In this document: one piece after another, positions 19,550 to 28,579 of the stretch
Position numbering within the stretch: the first letter of the stretch is position 1
How the letters are laid out: each line of letters opens with the position of its first letter
Source of the DNA: Actinomycetes bacterium
Lineage (GTDB): Bacteria; Actinomycetota; Coriobacteriia; WRKU01; WQUG01
Assembly: GCA_031272275.1 (NCBI GenBank)
Contig: JAISUC010000003.1
Coordinates: 92,214 to 156,213, forward strand
Length of the DNA stretch: 64,000 nt
Direction of reading: 5' to 3'
Translations under genes and position numbers: made by a program
Notes under the pieces: generated by a model
The model's database searches: none
Told to the model about the DNA's origin: nothing
Seen by the model: only the letters and a program-made list of their open reading frames with translations

Positions 19550-20785
19550 ATGAACATGGTGCATGCGATCGAAATCAACGCTATTTCCAAAACCTACCAT
19601 ATCTATGGCAGCGATATCAAGCGTGCGCTGGGTACGCTGGGATTCAAGGTAGACCACAGCGATTTTATTGCCATTGATGATTTGACCTACGGGTTCGAGA
19701 AAGGCGAGGTCACAGCTATACTCGGACGCAATGGAGCGGGGAAATCGACGCTACTGAAACTGATTACCGGGGTGACAACTCCGGACTGTGGCAGCATCGT
19801 GACAACAGGGCGTATTTCGGCGATGCTGGAGCTGAAAAGCGGTTTCGATGGCGAGTTGACCGGCGAAGAAAACATCTATTACAAGGCCCTGACCATGGGT
19901 ATCCCCGAGGCGGACATCGAGCGTGTCAAAGATGAAATCATTGAATTTGCAGACATCGGCATCCACATTAACCAGCCGTTTCGTACCTACTCAAGCGGCA
20001 TGAAAGCACGGTTGGGCTTTGCCGTTGCGGCCAGTGTCAACCCCGACATCTTGATTGTGGATGAGGCTCTGTCTGTCGGAGATGACATTTTCAAAATGAA
20101 ATGTATTGCCAAGATGAATGAATTTCGTCAATTGGGCAAGACGATTTTGTTTGTCAGTCACAGTCTACCGACGGTCAAGGCTTTTTGCACTCGCGCTATT
20201 TGGCTCAACCAAGGCAAGATGATGGCGCAAGGAGACATGGGCGACGTGGTGGTGAAGTACGAGGAGTTCCTGAAAGGGGAGCGAGCAAAAACTCGAGCGC
20301 TTGCCATTGAGCAGTCACCCGAGGAGGATCCTGTTCTGACTAAGCGTGATGTGGTTAATGCCCGCAGGTTCAAATTTCTGAATGACAAAGGCGAGATTAC
20401 TTTCAACCTCGATTTCGGTAAACCGTGGAGCATTATTTTCGAATATACCGTGAAGAAACGCGTTTCTCGGCTTACGGCTGCTTTTTCTATAGAGAATGCC
20501 GAGGGAATAGAAGTGTACTCTTGTGACAAACAGGCACATGTGCTTGATATGTCAAAGGGAGATCATGCCATGCGCATTGATTTCGAGCCGATGGCGCTGG
20601 TTGCCGGCGAATACAAATTCACGCTGGAGGTATGGGACGTCGCATCCAGTTTGATGGTGCGTGCTGCAAACCGTAAACCCTTTACTGTCATCCAGAATGG
20701 CTATGTGGGTACGGGCATTAATTATTTGCCCCATGACATCCATGCAATTGCCCTGTCCGATATCCCCCAGCCGCCAAAACCCTAG
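19550..20785 (+). CDS. tagH: Polysaccharide/teichoic-acid export ATP-binding protein (TagH/Wzt-like) with a C-terminal extra domain
   Basis: Walker A GRNGAGKST, signature YSSGMKARLGFA and Walker B ILIVDEALSVGD. A ~160-aa beta-rich C-terminal domain resembles Wzt-type carbohydrate-binding modules. Confidence 0.8.
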   Translation: MNMVHAIEINAISKTYHIYGSDIKRALGTLGFKVDHSDFIAIDDLTYGFEKGEVTAILGRNGAGKSTLLKLITGVTTPDCGSIVTTGRISAMLELKSGFDGELTGEENIYYKALTMGIPEADIERVKDEIIEFADIGIHINQPFRTYSSGMKARLGFAVAASVNPDILIVDEALSVGDDIFKMKCIAKMNEFRQLGKTILFVSHSLPTVKAFCTRAIWLNQGKMMAQGDMGDVVVKYEEFLKGERAKTRALAIEQSPEEDPVLTKRDVVNARRFKFLNDKGEITFNLDFGKPWSIIFEYTVKKRVSRLTAAFSIENAEGIEVYSCDKQAHVLDMSKGDHAMRIDFEPMALVAGEYKFTLEVWDVASSLMVRAANRKPFTVIQNGYVGTGINYLPHDIHAIALSDIPQPPKP

Positions 20786-20793
20786 GCGACCCC

Positions 20794-22101
20794 ATGGCTG
20801 CCCCCATCCTGCAGCGTGGTCGCGCGCCTATACTCAGCATCCTTAAGAAAAGCCGCCTGTTGACAAAGCTCGCACGAGACCTGCTGAACGCGTACCTGCG
20901 CGCGGGCTATCGTCGGTATATGCGACGCAATCCCACCGAACCGAAAACGATACTGTTCGAGGCGTATATGGGCAGATCCTATGCCTGCCACCCCAAAGCG
21001 ATCTATCAGGATCTGTTGGCAGATCCCGCATTCGATGAGTATCGGTTCATCTGGGCTTTCGACAATCCGGAAAAATACGCGGATGATCCCCGCTTTGCCC
21101 GGGCCGAATTGGTCGTATCGGGCAGCCCCGCCTATCGCGCAGCTTGCGCTCGAGCGGCGGTATGGGTCACCAATTCACGTATGCCCGAATATCTGGTGGT
21201 CAAACCCGACCAGACCTATCTACAGGGATGGCACGGCACGCCCTATAAGCGGCTGGGCGCAGACATTGCGATCGACACCGATAATGCCATGAACAGTACC
21301 AAAGACCTTGCTCGCCGTTACGCACGTGATGCGGCACGTTTCACATGGCTGGTCTCTCCCTCGCCCTTCACAACGGACAAATTCCGCTCGGCGTTCAGCT
21401 TGGACGCACAGGGAAAAACCGACATCATTTTGGAATACGGCTATCCGCGTAACGATTATCTCTGTACTGTCAGCGCACAACAGATAATCGAAACAAAACA
21501 GCGTCTGGGTTTACCGCAGGAAAAAAACATCCTGTTGTATGCCCCGACGTGGCGTGATGACATGCACGATTCTGCCAGCGGCTATTACTATCGGTCCTCC
21601 CTGGACTTTCACCAACTGCACGAAACGCTGGGGGATCAGTGGTTGGTGCTGTTTCGAGCGCACTATTTCATCACCAACAGTTTTGATTTTGCGTCTTTGG
21701 ACGGTTTTGTGCGCAATGTCACCGACGTCGACGACATCAACGACCTGTTTGTTGTCAGCGATGTCTTGGTAACCGATTACTCCAGCGTGTTTTTTGACTA
21801 CGCCAATCTGTATCGCCCCATTATTTTCTACATGTACGACAAAGACCATTATCAGACCGGCGTGCGCGACACCTATTTGTCCACAAATGAATTGCCGGGC
21901 AAAATCACTGAAACCCAGGATGAGTTTTTGTCTGCTTTGCGCGAAATCCCCGAAGTCCGCGGCGAAATCCGCGAAGGCTTGGCTCGGTTCAACCGTCGTT
22001 TCAATCCTTACTCAGATGGACTCGCGACCCGTCGCGTCATCGATCGGGTATGGCACGGTATCGACCCGGGTCCCACGCGTCCCAAGGGCCACGACGCATG
22101 A
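20794..22101 (+). CDS. CDP-glycerol (or CDP-ribitol) glycerophosphotransferase, TagF family
   Basis: GWHGTPYKRLG, LYAPTWRDD and VTDYSSVFFDYANLYRPIIFYMYD. 435 aa. Confidence 0.85.
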   Translation: MAAPILQRGRAPILSILKKSRLLTKLARDLLNAYLRAGYRRYMRRNPTEPKTILFEAYMGRSYACHPKAIYQDLLADPAFDEYRFIWAFDNPEKYADDPRFARAELVVSGSPAYRAACARAAVWVTNSRMPEYLVVKPDQTYLQGWHGTPYKRLGADIAIDTDNAMNSTKDLARRYARDAARFTWLVSPSPFTTDKFRSAFSLDAQGKTDIILEYGYPRNDYLCTVSAQQIIETKQRLGLPQEKNILLYAPTWRDDMHDSASGYYYRSSLDFHQLHETLGDQWLVLFRAHYFITNSFDFASLDGFVRNVTDVDDINDLFVVSDVLVTDYSSVFFDYANLYRPIIFYMYDKDHYQTGVRDTYLSTNELPGKITETQDEFLSALREIPEVRGEIREGLARFNRRFNPYSDGLATRRVIDRVWHGIDPGPTRPKGHDA

Positions 22102-24083
22102 GCATGTACCGTGACGCGCTGGATCTCTGTCGCGAAATCAAGCGCAACACCGGCGGTCTGCCGCGCACCTCATATTCCGCGGGGGAGTTCGTACGCGCGA
22201 CAGCCGATATCAGCAGCCGCCTTGACGCACTGCCGGTTGACACATTACAGCACGCAATGAAACGAACCGGTCTGCCCGCGTGCTATCGACGACTGTTATG
22301 GTCGTGGCGCGGTGCGGACACGATCACGGCCGACACAGAACGTACCGGTGGCGACGTGTGTTTTGTCGCAGCAGGCAAAGAGATTATCCGCTTGTCGGAA
22401 TTCGAGGTGTATCTGCGTTTCCTGCATATTTCCGAGGGTACGATTCACTTTGATTTTGGTTTCCCTCCTCTGTTGTTTGCCGACGAAGACTTCTTGTCGT
22501 GGTCAGCCCAGGTCAATGGGGTCATACAGCCCCTCGCACCGTCGGGGGAATACACCGGCAAACGTCTCTATGGCAACGATGTGCTGATGGGCACGCACGC
22601 TCGGCTGTCGATTCCGGTACAGACTGTCCCTGCCACTGTGCTGACGATTCGCCTCTTTGCCGGATATCAGACAAAACAGGGCACAGTCATCACGACCCCG
22701 GTACGCATACGCTATATGCCGGCATCGCACTTGTCGCAACTGCCGGCACAGTATTACGCAGCCGCCGGCCTAGTCTTTCGGGGTAATCCACATCGTATTG
22801 TTGTGCAGGAATGTACAGCGCAGCGGCAGCGCTGGCATGAACTTCGTTTTCAGACCGTGTTGTTTTCGCTGGCGGCTTGGGGAGGTGTGCGTGCAGCGGC
22901 GCAACGACGCGCTGTTTTGCGATCGCGTCGGAACCAGCTTGCCCGCCCCATTTGGCTGTTTATGGACAAGGTCTATGCATCTGGGGACTGTGGTGAGTCC
23001 TTGTTTCGGCAGGTCTGTGATGCCCACCCCGAAATTGATGCCCGTTATGTACTGAACGCGAATGTACAGCCGTCGTCGACACTGCTGCCCTATCGCGATC
23101 GCATCATCCATCCCGGCAGCACAGACCACCTGATTGCGTATGCGAATGCGGAAGTCGTCTGGACTACCTATGCCAGTCCTCTGCCCTACAACGGTTTCAC
23201 CGGACTGCGATCGCACGTGATGCGCGATCTGTTGGACGGGCGTATTTTCCATATCCAGCACGGGCTTTCCATGCAGGCGCTTGAACGAATGATGCATCGC
23301 AGCAAAGCCGGAATCGATCGCTACTATTGCGCGTCGAAATATGAAATTGAAAACCTCAGTCAACCCGAATACGGCTATCGACCGGATCAGCTGGTACACG
23401 CCGGCATCCCCCGGTTTGATGAACTGTCAAACCGACGCGAACGGCGCATTATGATCGCGCCGACCTGGCGTCCGGAAATCACCGCTGCTCCCGATGCGGT
23501 CAATCATGCTCGGAAACGTAACACGGATTTCGAACAGTCGGACTTTTATCAAATCTATCGGGCGTTGCTGGAAAACAGGCGGCTGCTGGATTGCGCACGT
23601 GAAACCGGTTATCACATCGACTTTGCCTTGCATCCCTACCTACTGGCAAATGCCGATGCTTTTTTGCCGGAACAGTCGGTCGCTGACAGCAACGACATCG
23701 TGCATCTGGTTCTGCCCGATAACACCCACCCGTATGCCGGCTTCCTGGAACGTGCGGCGCTGCTTGTGACCGATTACTCGGGCGTCCAGTACGATTTCGC
23801 TTGGATGCGCAAGCCGCTTGTCTATTTCCAGCCGCCTGAACTCCCTCCTCAATACGGCGTCGGCGCAATGGACTATCACAAGCGGGGTTTCGGACCGGTG
23901 ACTACCTCGATTGATGCGCTGGTTGACGCACTCTGCGATGCGATGCACACCAATTGCATGCTCGCAGACAACTACCGTGCATGCATCGAGGATTTCTTCG
24001 AGGGAAACCCCGTGCCCATCCGCGCTGCTATTATTGAGGACGCTCTCAATTACCTGGATTCAGCGCGGGCAACAGACTTGTAG
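22098..24083 (+). CDS. TagF-family polyol-phosphate transferase with a ~300-aa N-terminal domain of unknown function
   Basis: The C-terminal half has IQHGLSM, IAPTWRPE and VTDYSGVQYDFAWMRKPLVYF. The ATG at 22098 overlaps the previous stop (ATGA). The track start at 22050 lies inside the upstream gene. Confidence 0.8.
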   Translation: MSMYRDALDLCREIKRNTGGLPRTSYSAGEFVRATADISSRLDALPVDTLQHAMKRTGLPACYRRLLWSWRGADTITADTERTGGDVCFVAAGKEIIRLSEFEVYLRFLHISEGTIHFDFGFPPLLFADEDFLSWSAQVNGVIQPLAPSGEYTGKRLYGNDVLMGTHARLSIPVQTVPATVLTIRLFAGYQTKQGTVITTPVRIRYMPASHLSQLPAQYYAAAGLVFRGNPHRIVVQECTAQRQRWHELRFQTVLFSLAAWGGVRAAAQRRAVLRSRRNQLARPIWLFMDKVYASGDCGESLFRQVCDAHPEIDARYVLNANVQPSSTLLPYRDRIIHPGSTDHLIAYANAEVVWTTYASPLPYNGFTGLRSHVMRDLLDGRIFHIQHGLSMQALERMMHRSKAGIDRYYCASKYEIENLSQPEYGYRPDQLVHAGIPRFDELSNRRERRIMIAPTWRPEITAAPDAVNHARKRNTDFEQSDFYQIYRALLENRRLLDCARETGYHIDFALHPYLLANADAFLPEQSVADSNDIVHLVLPDNTHPYAGFLERAALLVTDYSGVQYDFAWMRKPLVYFQPPELPPQYGVGAMDYHKRGFGPVTTSIDALVDALCDAMHTNCMLADNYRACIEDFFEGNPVPIRAAIIEDALNYLDSARATDL

Positions 24084-24095
24084 GAGGACACCCTG

Positions 24096-24818
24096 ATGAA
24101 TGTCGCCGTCATATTCGCCGGAGGATCAGGCTTGCGTATGAACAACGCAGCCATTCCGAAACAATTCCTTCGCTTCCACGACAAGCCCATCCTGATTCAT
24201 ACGCTGGAACGTTTTCAGGAACATCCCGGGATAGACGCAATATCGATGGCGGTGCTCCCCGATTGGCTGGATCGTGCCCAACAGCTGGCGGACGAGTTTC
24301 ACATCACCAAACTTCGCTGGTTGGTTCCGGGCGGACGTACCGGGCAGCTATCGATTCACGCAGCCTTGCAGGCAATCGAATGTGACGACCCGGCGAATAC
24401 GACGGTTCTGATGCATGACGGGGTCCGCCCCCTGATTGACACCGCACTGATTACGCGGGTCATCGAACAGGTACACCAAACAGGGACGGCGGTTACCGCA
24501 CACCCGACCGTTGAAACCAGCATACTCAGCTGTGACCACGCCACGGTATCCGACGTCTTGACACGTACGGACACGTTCACGGCACAGGCACCCCAGGCGT
24601 TCCGGCTGGACGTGATGCTCGACTGCCACGCGCGGGCGCTTGCCGACGACCGGGCGGACTTCATCGATTCCTGCTCACTGTTTCGCGCGTATCGTGACGA
24701 GGCGGTGCACCTGGTGCAGGGCTCGCGCAGCAACATTAAAATCACCACACCCGAGGACTACTATATTTTTCAGGCGCTCTACGACCTGGCGCGACTCGAG
24801 GAAATCCAAGGGCTCTAG
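24096..24818 (+). CDS. IspD/TarI-family cytidylyltransferase (probable ribitol-5-phosphate or similar polyol-phosphate cytidylyltransferase)
   Basis: N-terminal AVIFAGGSGLRM nucleotide-binding loop. It is 240 aa with a GGAGGA RBS. Its context is among TagF-type transferases rather than isoprenoid genes. Confidence 0.75.
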   Translation: MNVAVIFAGGSGLRMNNAAIPKQFLRFHDKPILIHTLERFQEHPGIDAISMAVLPDWLDRAQQLADEFHITKLRWLVPGGRTGQLSIHAALQAIECDDPANTTVLMHDGVRPLIDTALITRVIEQVHQTGTAVTAHPTVETSILSCDHATVSDVLTRTDTFTAQAPQAFRLDVMLDCHARALADDRADFIDSCSLFRAYRDEAVHLVQGSRSNIKITTPEDYYIFQALYDLARLEEIQGL

Positions 24819-24842
24819 GGCATAAAGAGGGGGAGTAACACG

Positions 24843-25919
24843 ATGTCGAATTTGTATACCAACCGCGTGATTGCAGACGACCTGCGGGTCGTGGCAGATT
24901 CACCGGACATCGCAGATAAACTACGGGGAACGACGGTGATGATTACCGGAGCCTCCGGAATGCTGGGTCTGTACTGCGCCTTTATTTGCTTGCATCTGAA
25001 TGACAGATTCGATGCCGGTATTAAGGTCATCGCGCTGGTTCGAAATCAGCGTAAAGCCCGACAAGTTTTCGGTGACACGGCCAATCGCAGCGATCTGGAC
25101 CTGCTGGTTGCAGACGTCAGCGATCCAATTGACTATGCCGGTCCACTGGACTATGTGATTCATGCCGCCTCGCAAGCCAGCCCGACCTACTTTGAACAGG
25201 ACCCGGTCGGCACCATCAAGGCGAACACGCTGGGTGTGATTAATACGCTCGATTTGGCACGTGACCGACATGCGCGCGGCTATTTGTTTGTGTCGACGCG
25301 TGAAATCTATGGTCAGCCCACTGCGGGCACCGAATGGATCACCGAAGACGACTGGGGTCACGTGAACCCTCTGGATGTTCGCAGCTGTTATTCCGAGGGC
25401 AAACGTGCCGGCGAAACCATCGTGGTCAGTTACGCGCATCAATACGATGTTCCGGTCAAAATCGCCCGTCTGTCACACACCTATGGACCGGGGATGGGTA
25501 TTGATGATGCCCGCGTGCAGGCGTTCTTTGCCCGCTCGGTCCTAGACGGAACCGATATAGTTCTGAAAAGCACCGGTCAGCTGCAGCGCACCTACACCTA
25601 TGTGGCTGACGCCGCTGCCGCAATTTATCACGTTCTGTTGAAAACTGACGGTGTCACCTATAATATTGCGGATACGGATTCCTTGGTCACCATCAAAGAA
25701 CTGGCGGAAACCTTCATTGCCGCCCGGCCTGACAAACACCTCAACCTGCAATTCGACCTCAGCCCGGATGCCGCACGTGCCGGCTGGAGCCCGGTCACCG
25801 GGGGCAATCTGGACTGCAGCCGCCTGACCGCAACCGGCTGGCAGGCACAGTTCCACTTGGTTGATGGAGTTAATCGTACGCTTAGTTTTTTTGAGTCGGA
25901 TTCAAGAGGTCGAGGATAG
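24843..25919 (+). CDS. NAD(P)-dependent epimerase/dehydratase-family SDR (candidate reductase partner of the cytidylyltransferase)
   Basis: Rossmann motif ITGASGMLG and catalytic YSEGKRAGE (YxxxK). 358 aa. Its 3' end overlaps the convergent gene by 38 bp. Confidence 0.7.
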   Translation: MSNLYTNRVIADDLRVVADSPDIADKLRGTTVMITGASGMLGLYCAFICLHLNDRFDAGIKVIALVRNQRKARQVFGDTANRSDLDLLVADVSDPIDYAGPLDYVIHAASQASPTYFEQDPVGTIKANTLGVINTLDLARDRHARGYLFVSTREIYGQPTAGTEWITEDDWGHVNPLDVRSCYSEGKRAGETIVVSYAHQYDVPVKIARLSHTYGPGMGIDDARVQAFFARSVLDGTDIVLKSTGQLQRTYTYVADAAAAIYHVLLKTDGVTYNIADTDSLVTIKELAETFIAARPDKHLNLQFDLSPDAARAGWSPVTGGNLDCSRLTATGWQAQFHLVDGVNRTLSFFESDSRGRG

Positions 25920-27222
25920 TATCAGCAGTCAAGGATGCCGCGTTCCCTTGCTCGAAACAGCCGCGGTCCGCTAAGAATTTATCGACATTTTCATAGTAAC
26001 GCGCCTCATCAAATTCCTTGATGTTGTTAAGAAGTTCAGAAAGAGAACGGGCTAGAGGAAAAGGTGTTGATTCAATGGGATAGTAAAACGAGCGGTTTGA
26101 TTCGAAGGTATCCAGATCAGGTGCTATCAAGAATCCCGGTTTACGAAGCAGGAGATAGTCAAAAATCCAACTTGAGTAATCCGTGATCCCAATGTCGGCT
26201 GCCAACATGATTTCTTGAATGTCCGGGTAATCAGTTGCATCTACAGTACAATGCTCATGCAAGCCCGAGCCTGTTTCCAGCAGTGGTTTTAGGCGGTGGT
26301 GAAAGCGCAAGACGATTACCCACTCGCCCCCGAAACGTGCTTGAAGGGTCGCCACAATTGCCGGATAGTCAAGGGTGAGATCATTTAGGTTGTCAGCATG
26401 ATCACGGTGTGTGGGAGCATAAAAAGCAATTCGAGTTTGCGGTGGAATATCCAATTGTTTCCGAGCTTTTTTTGCGGCACAGCTACGATCGTCTTCATGC
26501 TGTTTGCTTAAGAGAATGTCATTTCTCGCATGTCCCTGATTGAGGACGGGAACCCCTTCCCAGTAGCTTGTCTGGAAAACCTTGCTTTCAAAACTGCTGT
26601 TCGAGATGACGTAATCTGTCAGCCTTCGGCTTTTCTTAGCTTTGGTGTTCCAGTTTTTTCCGGCAACCACATCGCCATCCAAACGCTTTATTCCCAAGGA
26701 GCCGTGCCAAGTTTGTAACAGGTATTGCCCGGAACGTTTTGGTACTCCCAGTCGTATGAAGTTGTGCGCATTGTCCACAAAGACCTTACTTTGGGCGCAG
26801 GCCTTATAGAATTCGTACGTTCCGCGCTTCACCAGAGTTAGCTCGTTGGGGAAGTTGCCGGATTGTTGCACCTCACGGGGATTTTCCCGAGTAGCCCAGT
26901 AGAGCTTCAGTCCCAGACCGCGGTCGATGAGCTCTGACGCAATATATTTGGGATTGCAGGTGAAGTCACCTTGGTAGGTAAGAAACATTACTGAATCATG
27001 TTGCAGCTTGGTATTGGCTGCGAGTATTCGGCGAGAAAGACCGGCGATTCTTCTATCGAACGGTTTGGACAGTGCCCTAACCTTATGTGTGACCGCCTTT
27101 TTTCTTACACCCAATAAGCGGAGCAGTTTCAAGAGCAGTCGTAGCAGTGCACGACCCTCCACCGCCGATCTCATCAAAGCGGATGGCATGGGTGATTCAG
27201 GCTTTCCAATTGACGTATTCAT
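25882..27222 (-). CDS. CDP-glycerol glycerophosphotransferase, TagF family (lower-GC copy)
   Basis: LQTWHGSLGIKRL, FYAPTHRD and ITDYSSWIFDYLLLRKPGFL. An alternative start at 27189 (MPSALM) would remove the overlap with the upstream gene. Confidence 0.8.
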   Translation of the reverse strand: MNTSIGKPESPMPSALMRSAVEGRALLRLLLKLLRLLGVRKKAVTHKVRALSKPFDRRIAGLSRRILAANTKLQHDSVMFLTYQGDFTCNPKYIASELIDRGLGLKLYWATRENPREVQQSGNFPNELTLVKRGTYEFYKACAQSKVFVDNAHNFIRLGVPKRSGQYLLQTWHGSLGIKRLDGDVVAGKNWNTKAKKSRRLTDYVISNSSFESKVFQTSYWEGVPVLNQGHARNDILLSKQHEDDRSCAAKKARKQLDIPPQTRIAFYAPTHRDHADNLNDLTLDYPAIVATLQARFGGEWVIVLRFHHRLKPLLETGSGLHEHCTVDATDYPDIQEIMLAADIGITDYSSWIFDYLLLRKPGFLIAPDLDTFESNRSFYYPIESTPFPLARSLSELLNNIKEFDEARYYENVDKFLADRGCFEQGNAASLTADTILDLLNPTQKN

Positions 27223-28396
27223 CCAAGAAGTGCTCGAGGTAGACTTTTGTCAGGTTTCGCAATTCGTCTCGTTTGCTCTGTTCAATAGTGCGCCCAGCAC
27301 TCTCAATTAATGAGTCAGCGACGCGAAGAGGATCCAGGTCATTTTGCCTGAAGTAATACTCGCTTTCGTCCAGCAGCCTTGAAAAGATTTCAGCCTTTTC
27401 GCTCCAAATCAGCCCGACAACCGGGATACCCATTGAAAAAGCGGTAATGCAGGCGTGCAGGCGTGCCCCAAAAACCACACGAAAGTTTTTCAGTTGGTCT
27501 AAGAATTCGCGGGAGTATCGCGGAGCAGGAAGAAAAAAATCGTCGGGATTTACATGAAGCTCCTCGAGTATTTCAAGCGCAAACTTACAGTCTCCGCTCA
27601 TGCCGTTTGAAAAGAGCACCCATTTTTCCCCCCGCCGGGTGAGCTCCTGCAACAGATCGACATAAAACTGTTTTAACTCATTCGGTGAAAGGGAATTGCC
27701 ATAATCCTGGTAAATTTTCCCTCGTATAACATTAATGCCGATTGTGTCGGCTTGGGTGTTGCGTTTTGTTTCAAAACACTCAGGTGTCCAAAGAGCGGGG
27801 TCTCCGACAAGTGCGGTAACTGTTTCAGGGTTGTTGCAATACCGAGTTTCCAGAATGTCAATGTCGTCGCGTGTTGTAATGACTTTCACGCAAGGGGAAT
27901 TAATGGCCGCCTTGAGCTTTTGGCAACGAACATCACTGTCGTCATAGCCCTCGATGCCGACGGCGTTGAACATGACCGGTTTATTATGCTTTTCGGCGAG
28001 CCGCACAATTTGTTCGACATAGTAATTCAACCCCTGCGTTCTGAATTTCAAAAACCCACCACCTGCAAAGACAATGGCATCTGTGTTTGCAAGCGCGCGA
28101 CGGTAATAGCGGTTCAAGCGAAGCCACCAGGTGAAGTATTCAAATACATAACGAAAGGTACTCCCATTTTCATAAGAAAAGATCTTCTTGCCAGCGCGCA
28201 CCAAGAGTCGTGACAAGCGGAATTTGAAACGCTCCAGACGTCCACGGTACCAACGTCGTGTGCGTGGCATGACATCAACTTCTGTCATTGCCACCTCAAC
28301 ACCGGTTTTTCCAATGAGATACTTAGACGTTTGACAGAGTATTCGGTCACCGATATTGGGGATGCTATACAAACCAATAAGTGCTATTCGACGCAT
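27197..28396 (-). CDS. Polysaccharide pyruvyl transferase family protein
   Basis: The N-terminal IALIGLYSIPNIGDRIL and overall layout resemble CsaB/WcaK-type pyruvyl transferases. 399 aa. Confidence 0.7.
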   Translation of the reverse strand: MRRIALIGLYSIPNIGDRILCQTSKYLIGKTGVEVAMTEVDVMPRTRRWYRGRLERFKFRLSRLLVRAGKKIFSYENGSTFRYVFEYFTWWLRLNRYYRRALANTDAIVFAGGGFLKFRTQGLNYYVEQIVRLAEKHNKPVMFNAVGIEGYDDSDVRCQKLKAAINSPCVKVITTRDDIDILETRYCNNPETVTALVGDPALWTPECFETKRNTQADTIGINVIRGKIYQDYGNSLSPNELKQFYVDLLQELTRRGEKWVLFSNGMSGDCKFALEILEELHVNPDDFFLPAPRYSREFLDQLKNFRVVFGARLHACITAFSMGIPVVGLIWSEKAEIFSRLLDESEYYFRQNDLDPLRVADSLIESAGRTIEQSKRDELRNLTKVYLEHFLDEYVNWKA

Positions 28397-28579
28397 GGGC
28401 TTCGATTATTCCCTCCCTGTTGGCGGCGTGGTCCTCTATCTCTGGTGCGACCTATTGTAGCAGAGGCGGCTTCTGTTTCCTCGCCCCAGAGGGAACAATA
28501 GGGGTGGGGCATTCTCGGCCCACGTCTTCAGCAGACCGTGTAGAATGGTGCATGCGCCCGAACAGATAAGGAGAGCTTG

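Noticed and set aside
18203-19657. 484-aa minus-strand ORF crossing the NYN gene, tagG and the start of tagH
   Set aside because: It runs antisense across three independently supported genes and an intergenic gap. The translation is Arg/Gln/His/Pro-rich with no domain signatures.
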